Source: Candidatus Wolframiiraptor gerlachensis
Lineage (GTDB): Archaea > Thermoproteota > Nitrososphaeria_A > Caldarchaeales > Wolframiiraptoraceae
NCBI GenBank assembly: GCA_021323375.2
Contig: JAJPCT020000001.1
Location: forward strand, 1-64,000
Direction of reading: 5' to 3'
DNA length: 64,000 nucleotides
A program made the translations under genes and the position numbers. Of this stretch, positions 50,113-59,712 are shown piece after piece (the first letter of the stretch is position 1; each line of letters begins with the position of its first letter). The notes under the pieces are model-generated. The model was not told where the DNA came from. It saw only the letters and a list, made by a program, of their open reading frames with translations, and ran no database searches.

Positions 50113-50989
50113 GGTCTATTATGTTGATGCCGCGATTCCTAGTAATAGGAAGAAGCGGAGGAAGGAGAAGACGCATGTAGTCTTTGATGGGAGTAGGGTG
50201 TTCAGGATTGGGAAGCTGACTGAGCTGGAGAATACCAGCGAGATATTTGTTGATACGTTATTTCCGGAGATTTATGATGAAGTCTTGGAGTTGTTAAAGA
50301 AGGGTGTTAGGGCGTATCTGTTGAAGGACACCCTCAAGCTGAAGAGGGTGAGAATTGAGAATAACTTGAGGAAGAGTGATGAGAATGATGCTATATTGCT
50401 TGCGCGGATTCCGATAGAAAAGTTCAGACAATTGACCATCGAGGAGGTTGAGATTAAGGCGCGGATAGGTCCACTAATAAGGAAATATAGATTGATTGTG
50501 CGGTGGAAGAGTACCCTGAAGAGGTTGATAAAGCGTGGCCTCAATTATAACTTTGAGGAGTCGGTAAGGCTCATGGAGCCTGATAGGACGAGGATTTCTA
50601 GGGAAATTATTAGACACGTAGCAAGCCTCCCCATATACGGGGAGGTTTACAGAAAAGCCTGTGAAATCCTTGGGGTCAAAAATAGTGTTGAACTAGCTAT
50701 ACTGGTGCTGGAACTTCCACTTCATCTCCCCCTAAATGGACTTAAGGGATTACTAGGATTTACTCCAAGTAAGAATAACCGATACCATCGTAAACTAAGG
50801 ACTCATATTTCAAATTTTGCAACGAGCCTTTATATGTGTGTCAAAAAAGGTGTAAACGTTTCAAGTGAGGTTGCTGAGGTTGTTAATCGTCTGCCGAGGA
50901 GGTTGGCATTATACAAGCTACAGCTGATGACCTTGAAGGCTCTGAGAACAGCATACCTTGCGACAGTAAAGCCGCTGGCCGGCGGGTAG
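50105..50989 (+). CDS. Divergent IS110/TasR-like DEDD (RuvC-fold) protein
   Basis: YYVD, FVDTL, KSDENDA (IS110 KT/SDxxDA); C-terminal LKGLLGFTP without Ser-Gly loop. Confidence 0.75.
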   Translation: MTRVYYVDAAIPSNRKKRRKEKTHVVFDGSRVFRIGKLTELENTSEIFVDTLFPEIYDEVLELLKKGVRAYLLKDTLKLKRVRIENNLRKSDENDAILLARIPIEKFRQLTIEEVEIKARIGPLIRKYRLIVRWKSTLKRLIKRGLNYNFEESVRLMEPDRTRISREIIRHVASLPIYGEVYRKACEILGVKNSVELAILVLELPLHLPLNGLKGLLGFTPSKNNRYHRKLRTHISNFATSLYMCVKKGVNVSSEVAEVVNRLPRRLALYKLQLMTLKALRTAYLATVKPLAGG

Positions 50990-51114
50990 TAAAAGCCATA
51001 AAAGGCCAGTAGGGTTAGAAAGAAGCGCCACCATGGAGGATTCTTATGAATCCATGGATGGTACTTAGCCGAGGCCCGCTGGCCTTTTATGGCTACGAGG
51101 ACTCGTCGGCCAGC
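50974..51114 (+). ncRNA. Structured dual-guide RNA, copy 1
   Basis: 14-bp outer stem (with GU), perfect 16-bp stem 50994-51009/51079-51094, guide loop, apical hairpin. Confidence 0.82.
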
Positions 51115-51162
51115 CCCACCCCCCATTTCCCCCTACCCCTATTTTTATTAGACTTCTTCTTC

Positions 51163-51978
51163 TCAATAAAAACGGAGCTTCTTTCTGACCCTTCTTGCAA
51201 GCCCTCCACCCGGCCCCAGCTTGAGAAAGATGACATTCCTACTCGACTTGCTCGCCGCGATCATTATTGATCTCTTGTAGAATTTTCTCATCCGATAGCC
51301 GTCTATTACCATGGAGAAGCCGTAGTCGCCGCTCGCCAAAATATCTATCCTATGATTGAGAGAGAGTACCATGGGCTTGAGGCCGCTGATCGGACAGACC
51401 GGCGTGAGGATAACAGCCTCCAAGTCGTCGTCAACTATTGGGCCTCCGGCTGAGAAGCTGTAAGCAGTTGAGCCGACTGGCGACGCTATTATCAGGCCAT
51501 CAGCCAATCCCTCGGCAACAACCTCATCATTTCTTCTTATCACGAAGCTGAGGGTCTTCCCCAGGATCTGGGATGCTATGTATGCCTCGTTCAGCGCATC
51601 GCCCATGCTCTCACCATCCACGGTTATCGAGAGCATCATCCTACGCTCCACGGTGTAGTCTTTCGCGAGAACCTTCTCCAAGGCCTTCTCGAGATCTTCG
51701 GCCTCGACCTCCGTGAGATATCCTCCCCTGCCGAAGTTCACGCCGAGGATCATGGCCTCGGGGTTCCCCAGAGCGCCAACGGCCTTTAATATCGTCCCAT
51801 CACCGCCCAGCGTGATCACAAGCGAGACCTTTTCCGGGAGAGAGCTGTAGATGAGGTTCGAGGCGCTGTATATCTCCACAGCTATCCCCCGGCCCTCCAA
51901 AATCCTCCTCGCCCTCTCCGCGGCCTCCTTCGCCGCCGGATTCCTCTCAGTATAAACTATGGCGTAGACCTCGCTCAT
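51163..51978 (-). CDS. nadK: NAD(+) kinase
   Basis: LGGDGT, GVNFGRGGYL, ALNE, GSTAYSFSAGG. Confidence 0.95.
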   Translation of the reverse strand: MSEVYAIVYTERNPAAKEAAERARRILEGRGIAVEIYSASNLIYSSLPEKVSLVITLGGDGTILKAVGALGNPEAMILGVNFGRGGYLTEVEAEDLEKALEKVLAKDYTVERRMMLSITVDGESMGDALNEAYIASQILGKTLSFVIRRNDEVVAEGLADGLIIASPVGSTAYSFSAGGPIVDDDLEAVILTPVCPISGLKPMVLSLNHRIDILASGDYGFSMVIDGYRMRKFYKRSIMIAASKSSRNVIFLKLGPGGGLARRVRKKLRFY

Positions 51979-52069
51979 CCAATTTCTATGTCTTCAATGG
52001 GGCGGTTAATTTAGCTTCTTTTCCGCGGATCATTCTTAATTAAGCCCCGAGAGACCCTATACCCGAGCC

Positions 52070-53209
52070 ATGATCGGCAGGGATGAGATCGCCTCGATAA
52101 TCGAGGGCTATCATAGGGATGATCTCAGGATCGGTGTTCTGGGAAGCCACTCGGCGCTCGAGATATGTAGGGGCGCAAGGGATGAGGGCTTCAAGACAAT
52201 TGTCGTCTGCGAGAAGGGTAGAGAGAAGACATACGCGAGATACTACAGGGTTAGGCGCATTTTCGGCCGCGAGGTCGGCATTATTGATGAGGCAATTATT
52301 CTCGATAAGTTTAAGGAGATCCTGCGCGATGAGGTGCAGGAGGAGCTTAGGTCGAGGAACACGATCTTCATACCTCATAGGTCTCTCTGCGTCTATGTGG
52401 GTTACAAGGCTTTAGAAGAGGATTTTAGGGTACCCATGTTCGGTAACAGGTTCCTCCTCAAAGTCGAGGAGCGCGATGTTGAGCGCAATCAGTATTATCT
52501 GATGGAGAGGGCGGGCATACCGCATCCTCGGATCTTCAATGACCCATCTGAAATTGACTGCCTTGTTCTAGTTAAGGCTCCGGAGGCGGCGAGGGGGTTT
52601 GAAAGAGCATTCTTCCTAGCATCATCGCCGAGGGAGTTTGAGGAGAAGGCTGAGGAGCTTATCCGGAAGGGTCTTCTGACTAGGGAGGGGCTTGAAAAGG
52701 CAGTTATCGAAGAGTTCATAGTTGGTGCGCCATTCAACTTCAACTTCTTCTACTCGCCGCTTACAGGCGAGGTGGAGCTTCTCGGCATTGATACCCGGAG
52801 GCAGACGAACCTTGAGGGAATTATGAGGCTTCCCGCATCATATCAGGCCGAGGCCCTCAAGTATCTGGAGCTTAAGACGATAGAAGTAGGTCATATAGCC
52901 TGCACCGTCAGGGAGTCTCTTCTCGAGAGGGCCTTCGAGCTTGCTGAGAAGCTTGTGGAGACTGCGGGGAAGGAGTATCCACCAGGAATAATAGGCCCAT
53001 TCGCGCTGCAGGGGATGATTGTGCCCGGCCCGCCGCATGAGGAGATAATCGTCTATGATCTGAGCGTCAGGGTCCCCGGATCGCCTGGAACAAAGTTCAC
53101 ACCCTACTCCGAAAATCTTTGGGGCTTCTCGATGAGCGTTGGGAGGAGAATCGCGTTCGAGATCAGGGAATCCTTAAAGCAGGATAGGCTCCTTGATCTT
53201 CTAACATGA
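52070..53209 (+). CDS. purP: PurP-family ATP-grasp ligase (paralog 1)
   Basis: GSHSALE, FIPHRS, PPGIIGPFALQ. Confidence 0.9.
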   Translation: MIGRDEIASIIEGYHRDDLRIGVLGSHSALEICRGARDEGFKTIVVCEKGREKTYARYYRVRRIFGREVGIIDEAIILDKFKEILRDEVQEELRSRNTIFIPHRSLCVYVGYKALEEDFRVPMFGNRFLLKVEERDVERNQYYLMERAGIPHPRIFNDPSEIDCLVLVKAPEAARGFERAFFLASSPREFEEKAEELIRKGLLTREGLEKAVIEEFIVGAPFNFNFFYSPLTGEVELLGIDTRRQTNLEGIMRLPASYQAEALKYLELKTIEVGHIACTVRESLLERAFELAEKLVETAGKEYPPGIIGPFALQGMIVPGPPHEEIIVYDLSVRVPGSPGTKFTPYSENLWGFSMSVGRRIAFEIRESLKQDRLLDLLT

Positions 53210-53211
53210 TC

Positions 53212-53379
53212 CTACCATGTATGGATTTACAAATCCATACACGGATGGTTACCTCGATATCCCTGCCGGCCTTTATGGTTGCGAAGACTCGTCGGCCAGC
53301 CCCACTCCTAACCCCCTTTTTATTTGAGAAATGATTTAATTTAACAATAAAGATACAATTCGTTGAAGGAGAGAAGATT
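53212..53379 (+). mobile_element. Insertion 2: remnant holding only the 3' half of the guide RNA
   Basis: 20-nt identity 53286-53305 with 51100-51119; flanked by ATGATC repeats (53206-53211, 53380-53385). Confidence 0.78.
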
Positions 53380-54480
53380 ATGATCTCGAGAGAGGAGCTG
53401 CTGAGGATACTTTCGCGATATGATGAGCGGGATATTAAGATCGTAACCATCTGCTCGCATTCTTCCCTCCAGATATTTCATGGCGCAAGGCTCGAGGGCT
53501 TCGGAACAATAGGGATAGCTCTGAGAGGGAATAGGCCATATTATGAGAGCTTTCCGAGGGCCAGCCCCGAGATCATGCTGGAAGTCGAGAATTACAAAGA
53601 CGTCTTAAGAAAGGAGTTTCAAGAGAAGCTAATATCAGAGAACGCGCTGATAATACCTCACGGCTCCTTCGTTGAGTATGTTGGCGCCGAGAATATCCTT
53701 GAGAGATTTAGGGTCCCAATGTTCGGTAATAGGCTCACCCTCTACTGGGAGGGCGATAGGGAGAGGCAGAGGAAGTGGATAATGGAGGCCGGCGTCAGGG
53801 CTCCGAGAAGATACTCCTCGCCCGATGAGATAGATGGCCCAGTGATAGTGAAGCTTCATGGCGCAAAGGGCGGGAGGGGGTACTTCAGAGCATCAAGCCC
53901 AAGCGAGTTCAGGAGAAGGCTTGAGGAGCTTAAGTTGAGAGGCATCATAAGGGGTGGGGAGGAATATGTCATAGAGGAGTTTATCCCCGGGGTCAGATTT
54001 TATCCCCACTTCTTCCTCTCGCTCCTTGAGGCGCCGAATCTGCCGGGGCTCGAGCATGGAAGGCTAGAGCTCCTTGGCATGGACCGTAGGCTCGAGATCA
54101 TAGACGAGGTTTATCGAGGCCTCCCAGAGATAATCGAAGATTACCTAGACTATACTGTGGCCGGGAATATCCCGGTTATCGTTAGGGAGAAATTTATCGT
54201 GGATCTGCTGGAGGCGGCTGCGAGGATTTCCCTAGCGGCGCGGAGGCTCTTCAGCCCGGGTCTCATAGGGCCATTCTGCCTCGAGACGATATATCATCCT
54301 AGACGCGGCTTCACGGTCTTTGAGATCTCGGCGAGGATTGTCGCGGGGACAAATCTATATCCGATGGGCTCACCCTACTCCCCATACTACTATGATGAGC
54401 CCATGTCTATGGGCAGGAGGATAGCCAGGGAGATCAAGAGAGCTATCGAGCTTGGGAGGCTGAGCGACCTAATATACTGA
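53380..54480 (+). CDS. purP: PurP-family ATP-grasp ligase (paralog 2)
   Basis: CSHSSLQI, IPHGSFVEY, GAKGGRG, EISARIVAGTN. Confidence 0.92.
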   Translation: MISREELLRILSRYDERDIKIVTICSHSSLQIFHGARLEGFGTIGIALRGNRPYYESFPRASPEIMLEVENYKDVLRKEFQEKLISENALIIPHGSFVEYVGAENILERFRVPMFGNRLTLYWEGDRERQRKWIMEAGVRAPRRYSSPDEIDGPVIVKLHGAKGGRGYFRASSPSEFRRRLEELKLRGIIRGGEEYVIEEFIPGVRFYPHFFLSLLEAPNLPGLEHGRLELLGMDRRLEIIDEVYRGLPEIIEDYLDYTVAGNIPVIVREKFIVDLLEAAARISLAARRLFSPGLIGPFCLETIYHPRRGFTVFEISARIVAGTNLYPMGSPYSPYYYDEPMSMGRRIAREIKRAIELGRLSDLIY

Positions 54481-54491
54481 GGAGAGCCGAG

Positions 54492-55079
54492 CTATTTCGC
54501 TTTCTCTATGAAGTATTCGTGGACTCTTGTGTCGTTGGATAGTTCTGGATGGAATGTGAGGCCTAGCAGGTTGTCCTGCTCCACGCCGACGACCTCCTCC
54601 CTGTAGAATGCGATTGGTCTGGCCCTACCATAGACCTTCAGTATCCTCGGCGCCCTGATGAAGATCCCTGGGAACGGATCCGGGCTGAAGCTTAGCGTAA
54701 TCGGTGCCTCGAATGAGTCCACCTGCCTCCCATAAGCGTTTCTCTGCACCTCCACGTCGAGGAGCTCTAGGAATCTCTGGCCGCTCGCCGCTCCCACGAC
54801 CCTCTTCGCGAGGACTATGAGCCCAGCGCATGTTCCCATTATTGGAAGCCCCTCCCCACCAAGCCTCTTAACCTCGTCGAAGAGCCCATTCTTGCACATG
54901 AGCTTTGAGATCGTCGTGCTCTCCCCGCCAGGTATCACGAGCGCCGAGACATCCTTCAATTGATCTAGGCGCCTAATCCATGCTACACCCCCATGGATGC
55001 CCATGTTAGCTAGGGCTCTGCGGAGAGCCTCTACATGCTCTGCCACCGCGCCCTGGACACCTATAACACCTATCCTCAT
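54492..55079 (-). CDS. pdxT: PLP synthase glutaminase subunit
   Basis: PGGEST, GTCAG, RNAYGRQ, FHPE. Confidence 0.96.
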   Translation of the reverse strand: MRIGVIGVQGAVAEHVEALRRALANMGIHGGVAWIRRLDQLKDVSALVIPGGESTTISKLMCKNGLFDEVKRLGGEGLPIMGTCAGLIVLAKRVVGAASGQRFLELLDVEVQRNAYGRQVDSFEAPITLSFSPDPFPGIFIRAPRILKVYGRARPIAFYREEVVGVEQDNLLGLTFHPELSNDTRVHEYFIEKAK

Positions 55080-56089
55080 AGGCCTCTTTCTTCCATCCTA
55101 ACTAGGAGCTTATCGATCTCCAATCCTCTCATGGGCTCTCCTAGATCCCTGCTCACCTCTGCGATAACATCTGGCTCATCATAATGGTTTACGGCCTCGA
55201 CTATCGCCCTCGCCATCTTCTCCGGGTTCGAGCTCTTGAATATCCCGCTTCCGACGAAGACGCCATCCATCCCCATGTGCATCATCAGCGCGGCGTCCGC
55301 CGGTGTCGCAACCCCACCCGCGGCGAAATTCACGACAGGCAGCCTCTGGAGGCTCCTAATCTCCAAGAGGATCTTATAGATCCCCTCAACAATCTCCTCG
55401 AATGTATATTCCTCGTAGATGGGCTCGTTTCTAAGAACCTCGCGGGGTAGGCCGCATCTCTCCTTAACCTCCATGCTAAGCTTGAGATATGGCTTGGAGA
55501 ACTCCTCTGCAACCCTGTATATCTCGTCATCTGTCAGGTGCTTGAGGAGGCGAATGCCGTGGTTCACGAGCCTAACATGCTTGACCGCCTCGACTATGTT
55601 TCCTGTCCCGGCCTCGCCCTTGGTCCTTATCATGGCCGCGCCCTCCCATATGCGCCTCACTGCCTCCCCCAAGTCCCGGGCGCCGCAGACAAATGGAACG
55701 TTAAACTTCCTCTTGTCTATATGGAAATACGTGTCGGCTGGCGTTAGAACCTCGCTCTCATCAATCATGTCCACGCCAAGTGCCTCTAGGGCGAGCGCCT
55801 CGGCATAATGGCCTATCCTAACCTTAGCCATTACCGGTATCGTGACCGCGTCCATTATCTCTTGGATCTTCTTCGGGTCGGCCATCCTAGCAACTCCACC
55901 AGCCTGCCTGATATCCGCCGGAACCTTCTCGAGGGCCATGACCGCGACCGCACCAGCCTCCTCCGCGATAATCGCCTGCTCCACGCTCGTGACATCCATG
56001 ATAACGCCTCCCTTAACCATCCTCGCGAATCCACGCTTTAGCCTCTCAGTCCCCTTCTGTTCTATCACGCGCAAGATCCCCATACCCAC
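55076..56089 (-). CDS. pdxS: PLP synthase lyase subunit
   Basis: [28 protein letters not shown]. Confidence 0.97.
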   Translation of the reverse strand: MGMGILRVIEQKGTERLKRGFARMVKGGVIMDVTSVEQAIIAEEAGAVAVMALEKVPADIRQAGGVARMADPKKIQEIMDAVTIPVMAKVRIGHYAEALALEALGVDMIDESEVLTPADTYFHIDKRKFNVPFVCGARDLGEAVRRIWEGAAMIRTKGEAGTGNIVEAVKHVRLVNHGIRLLKHLTDDEIYRVAEEFSKPYLKLSMEVKERCGLPREVLRNEPIYEEYTFEEIVEGIYKILLEIRSLQRLPVVNFAAGGVATPADAALMMHMGMDGVFVGSGIFKSSNPEKMARAIVEAVNHYDEPDVIAEVSRDLGEPMRGLEIDKLLVRMEERGL

Positions 56090-56161
56090 TCCTCTAAGAG
56101 AGGCGCTAGGGATGATGGTATAAAACTTTCATGTCCGGATCTTCTTAACTGGAGGCGACCC

Positions 56162-56851
56162 TTGGGCGCTATGAGGCTGGCGGCGCTCTTCAGCGGCGGG
56201 AAGGACTCGACCCTCGCGATACAGCTCGCCGAGGCGATGGGCCATCATGTGGATTATCTGATCACGGTTAAGGCGGCCTCGGAAGAATCCTACTACTTCC
56301 ACTATCCCAATATCTGGATGACAAACCTCCAAGCAAGGGCCATGGATAGGAGGCAGATCATGGTATCCGTGAGATCCGTGTCGAGGGATGATGAGCTTCA
56401 AGCCCTGCGGGATGCTGTCGAGCTCATCCGAGATGAGGTGGACGGCCTACTTTCAGGCGTCAATAGGAGCAGATCACAGCATGACTCCTTTCAGCAGCTA
56501 TGTGAGAAGCTTGGACTGAAGTTCCTCGCACCACTCTGGATGCGTGATCCAAGGGAGGTTCTCGAGGAGGTCGTCTCGAGCGGGATTACCGCCATTATTG
56601 TCAAGGTCGCCGCCATGGGCCTTGGGAGAGAACTCTTGGGAAAAATCATAGACCATGAGCTGATCAGCCTATTAAACTCCCTCTCTGAGAGATATGGTGT
56701 GAGCATGCTTGGTGAGGGGGGCGAGTTCGAGACACTCGCGCTGGACTCGCCGCTCTTCAAGAAGAGGATTGAGATCCTAGACTATGAGATAAGGTGGAGT
56801 GGATATAGTGGAATGCTCTTGGTTAGGGAGGCTAGGCTCGCCGAGAAATGA
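56162..56851 (+). CDS. Diphthine-ammonia ligase (Dph6-like)
   Basis: FSGGKDS PP-loop, GEGGEFET. Confidence 0.9.
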   Translation: MGAMRLAALFSGGKDSTLAIQLAEAMGHHVDYLITVKAASEESYYFHYPNIWMTNLQARAMDRRQIMVSVRSVSRDDELQALRDAVELIRDEVDGLLSGVNRSRSQHDSFQQLCEKLGLKFLAPLWMRDPREVLEEVVSSGITAIIVKVAAMGLGRELLGKIIDHELISLLNSLSERYGVSMLGEGGEFETLALDSPLFKKRIEILDYEIRWSGYSGMLLVREARLAEK

Positions 56852-56854
56852 TGG

Positions 56855-57274
56855 CTAGCTGCCCGTCCTCACATTCACTATCATACACCTTCCCATGATC
56901 CTCCAATATTCGACGTTTGCCCCAGGCTCGAGCTTCTCCCGAAGCTTCTCGTCCTGCGGCAGTGGTATCTCTACAATCTCATATGTCTCGTTGTCCATTA
57001 CGCTGACCATATCCCCTATCGAGACGACCTGGCCATTCCTCTTCTCGATTATCGGCACCTCAACCCTGCTGTCAGCCGGCCCCACGAGCGTCCGCTTAAC
57101 GTTGTCGAATATGCCTATAGCCACAACCCTAACCTTAGCCGACCCATGTTTTCCCGGCTTACTTTTCTCAAGCTCCACGATCCTGCAAGGCTCGCCATCG
57201 ATCACGATATTATGGCCGACTTTAAGAGACCCAAGCTCCGCAGGCTTGCTCATGTTCTCGGGAGAACCGATCAA
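56855..57274 (-). CDS. eif5a: Translation factor aIF5A
   Basis: [10 protein letters not shown] hypusine motif. Confidence 0.97.
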   Translation of the reverse strand: MIGSPENMSKPAELGSLKVGHNIVIDGEPCRIVELEKSKPGKHGSAKVRVVAIGIFDNVKRTLVGPADSRVEVPIIEKRNGQVVSIGDMVSVMDNETYEIVEIPLPQDEKLREKLEPGANVEYWRIMGRCMIVNVRTGS

Positions 57275-57368
57275 TTCACTTATATAAGGGTGTTTCTCCG
57301 CAAGACCCTAGCCGAGGCGCCATCCAGCATCATCAAAACCTTTAAGGAGCTTTTATCCAGCCCGTTGC

Positions 57369-58604
57369 GTGGACTTGAGCTCCATTATCAGCCTCAGATT
57401 CTCGGACATTAACGGCGTTCTAAAGGAGGTATTAATCTCTGAGGGGGAGTTTGAAAAGGCCGTATCGAGGGGGATCTGGTTCGACGGCTCATCGATAGAG
57501 GGGTTCGCGAGGAGATTCGAGAGCGATATGATGCTCGTTGTTGATGCGAGCGCATGCTATACCCTTAACGGCGTTAAGACTTATTTCTGCGATGTTTACA
57601 GGAATGGCGCCCCATTCGAGGGAGACCCGAGAACAGTCCTAAAGAATCTTCTCAAAAGAATTGAGAAGAATGAGGGCTTCACGTTCGTCGCCGCCGGAGA
57701 GCTCGAGTTCTATATACTCAGGGGAGGGGAGCCCCTCGATAGCGGAAGCTACTTCGACGTATCTCCGAGGGATAAGGCCAACCTGATTAAGATTAGAATA
57801 GCTGAGAAGCTCTCCGAGGCTGGGATAGACTGGAGCACCAGTCACCATGAAGTCGGGCCGGGCCAGAATGAGGTGGATATACTCCATGACCAGGGATTAA
57901 GGATCGCCGATAAGACCCTCCTAACGAAGAATATTATCAAGCTTGTCTGCGAGTCCATGGACTTGAAGGCATCATTTATGCCAAAGCCATTCTATGGTAA
58001 GCCCGGGAACGGGTTCCACATCCACATGAGCCTCTGGGCTGGTGATGATAACCTATTCTATGATGAACGCGACCCGTATGGTCTCTCAGATCTGGCGAAG
58101 AGCTTCATAGCCGGTATCTTCGAGCACGTAGGCGGTATCACGGCGATAGCGAACCCGACCGTGAACTCCTATAAGAGGCTGGGAGAGTTTGAGGCCCCGA
58201 AATATGTTTACTGGGGGATGAAGAATAGGGATGCCCTGATAAGGATACCGGAATTCCGCTTGAAGGCCGGGGCAAGGATAGAGTATCGCGCTCCCGACCC
58301 ATCGGCAAACCCGTATCTCCTGTTCACCGTCCTGCTCGCCGCCGGATTGGATGGCATCAAGAGAAATCTGGAGCCGCCCGAGCCGATCGAGAAGGATATC
58401 TATGAGTATGGGCTATATCGGGAGCTTCCAACGCTACCCCCGACGCTCGAGAAGGCCCTAGACGCCCTAGAGGAGGATAAGCTGCTTAGAGATGTTTTAG
58501 GGCTGGCTGGCGAGAACTTCATCAAGCTAAAGAGGCAGGAATGGGAGGAATATGCGACTAGAAGGATAACCGACTGGGAGTATGAGAAATACTTTGATGT
58601 ATAA
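57369..58604 (+). CDS. glnA: Glutamine synthetase type I
   Basis: FDGSSI, HHEVGPGQNE, FMPKP, NPTVNSYKRL, RIEYR. Confidence 0.92.
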   Translation: MDLSSIISLRFSDINGVLKEVLISEGEFEKAVSRGIWFDGSSIEGFARRFESDMMLVVDASACYTLNGVKTYFCDVYRNGAPFEGDPRTVLKNLLKRIEKNEGFTFVAAGELEFYILRGGEPLDSGSYFDVSPRDKANLIKIRIAEKLSEAGIDWSTSHHEVGPGQNEVDILHDQGLRIADKTLLTKNIIKLVCESMDLKASFMPKPFYGKPGNGFHIHMSLWAGDDNLFYDERDPYGLSDLAKSFIAGIFEHVGGITAIANPTVNSYKRLGEFEAPKYVYWGMKNRDALIRIPEFRLKAGARIEYRAPDPSANPYLLFTVLLAAGLDGIKRNLEPPEPIEKDIYEYGLYRELPTLPPTLEKALDALEEDKLLRDVLGLAGENFIKLKRQEWEEYATRRITDWEYEKYFDV

Positions 58605-58620
58605 GATATCCTTCGCGATT

Positions 58621-59712
58621 TTAGAGCTCGAGGTTCTTGGCATCTATATAGGCTAGGGGTGGGCCGCCCCTAGTGCTTGGCGTTACATAGACCTTGTCGG
58701 GGAATTGTATTGCGAGGCTATTGAATGCGTCATGGATCATGCTTAGATCCGCTATCGAGCCAGACTCCATCAGAGATATCACCGTCATGCACTCGAGCTT
58801 TAGGAGATCGACATTCTCCCCAAAGTATCGGCTCATAAGACTATATGTCTCAAGAAGCATTCTCGAAGCCTCATACCTGTCAGCCGGCCTATAAAGCTTC
58901 TCGAGGGGCTTCAGGAAGTCTCCGAAGAGATAGTGCTCAAGCTTCTCCGGCGACAGTGATGCCAGCTTGAGGACCCTATCAGGGTCGTAGATCATCTGAG
59001 TATTTATCTCGTATTTCCCCCTGCCGCTCCGCTTGAGTATACCGCAGTCCACGAGCCACTCAAACCTTGGGGGTGCTATGTGCCTATACTTCGCATATTG
59101 GCTGCTCTTTATCCACTCGATCTTGTCCTTTATCATAAGCCTCCGCTCCCTGAACCTCTCAGCCTCCTGAACCTCCTTTATCCTGCTCTTCGGCAGGACG
59201 CGCCTCAGCGCTTGCGGATAGGCCTCCTCCATTGCGTATATCATCGCCTCCTGCCTCCTAAACTTTCCCCTCCCTATCACCCAGCTCGTTATCATCTGGA
59301 TGAATGGATAATCCTTCGCGAAGATGTTCCAGAGGAAGAAGATTTTCTCAGCATCATTCAGCATTAGGAGATCTATCAGCCTCAGCGACTTATCTCCCTC
59401 CACGAGCCTCCTGAACCTCGACGCGCTCCTAGAGCAGAGGTAGAGCTTCCCGAATACGCCGAGCCTCTGACTCTTCCTATCTACTAGGTCAAGCTCCGCG
59501 GCGAGGGTCACATAGTTCCTAGCATTCACCGGGCTTGTGATGAGCCCTATCGGCCGCCCCGCCAAGAAATCCCTATCACCGACGCTCTTAACAATCTCGT
59601 AGAGAACCGATGCAAGGAAGTCGAATGTCTTCGGGGAATCATCCTCGAGTAGACATGGTATTATCCTAAGGTATCCGAGCCTGCAGATGTCGCCATGAGC
59701 CTCGAGTATCAT
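58621..59712 (-). CDS. Hypothetical protein coupled to DNA methyltransferase
   Basis: 363-aa ORF; ATGA overlap with MTase stop. Confidence 0.7.
   Translation of the reverse strand: MILEAHGDICRLGYLRIIPCLLEDDSPKTFDFLASVLYEIVKSVGDRDFLAGRPIGLITSPVNARNYVTLAAELDLVDRKSQRLGVFGKLYLCSRSASRFRRLVEGDKSLRLIDLLMLNDAEKIFFLWNIFAKDYPFIQMITSWVIGRGKFRRQEAMIYAMEEAYPQALRRVLPKSRIKEVQEAERFRERRLMIKDKIEWIKSSQYAKYRHIAPPRFEWLVDCGILKRSGRGKYEINTQMIYDPDRVLKLASLSPEKLEHYLFGDFLKPLEKLYRPADRYEASRMLLETYSLMSRYFGENVDLLKLECMTVISLMESGSIADLSMIHDAFNSLAIQFPDKVYVTPSTRGGPPLAYIDAKNLEL

Larger units (their letters stand above)
49578..51174 (+). mobile_element. Insertion 1 of putative RNA-guided element family, in nadK/nob1 overlap
   Basis: Flanked by direct repeat GAGCTT (49572-49577, 51175-51180); excision restores overlapping nadK stop and nob1 TTG start; visibly AT-richer than flanks. 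Confidence 0.85.

Noticed and set aside
55330-55530. Extra segment within PdxS as a possible intein or intron
   Set aside because: In frame, no intein or BHB hallmarks noticed; longer PdxS forms are usual in thermophilic archaea.
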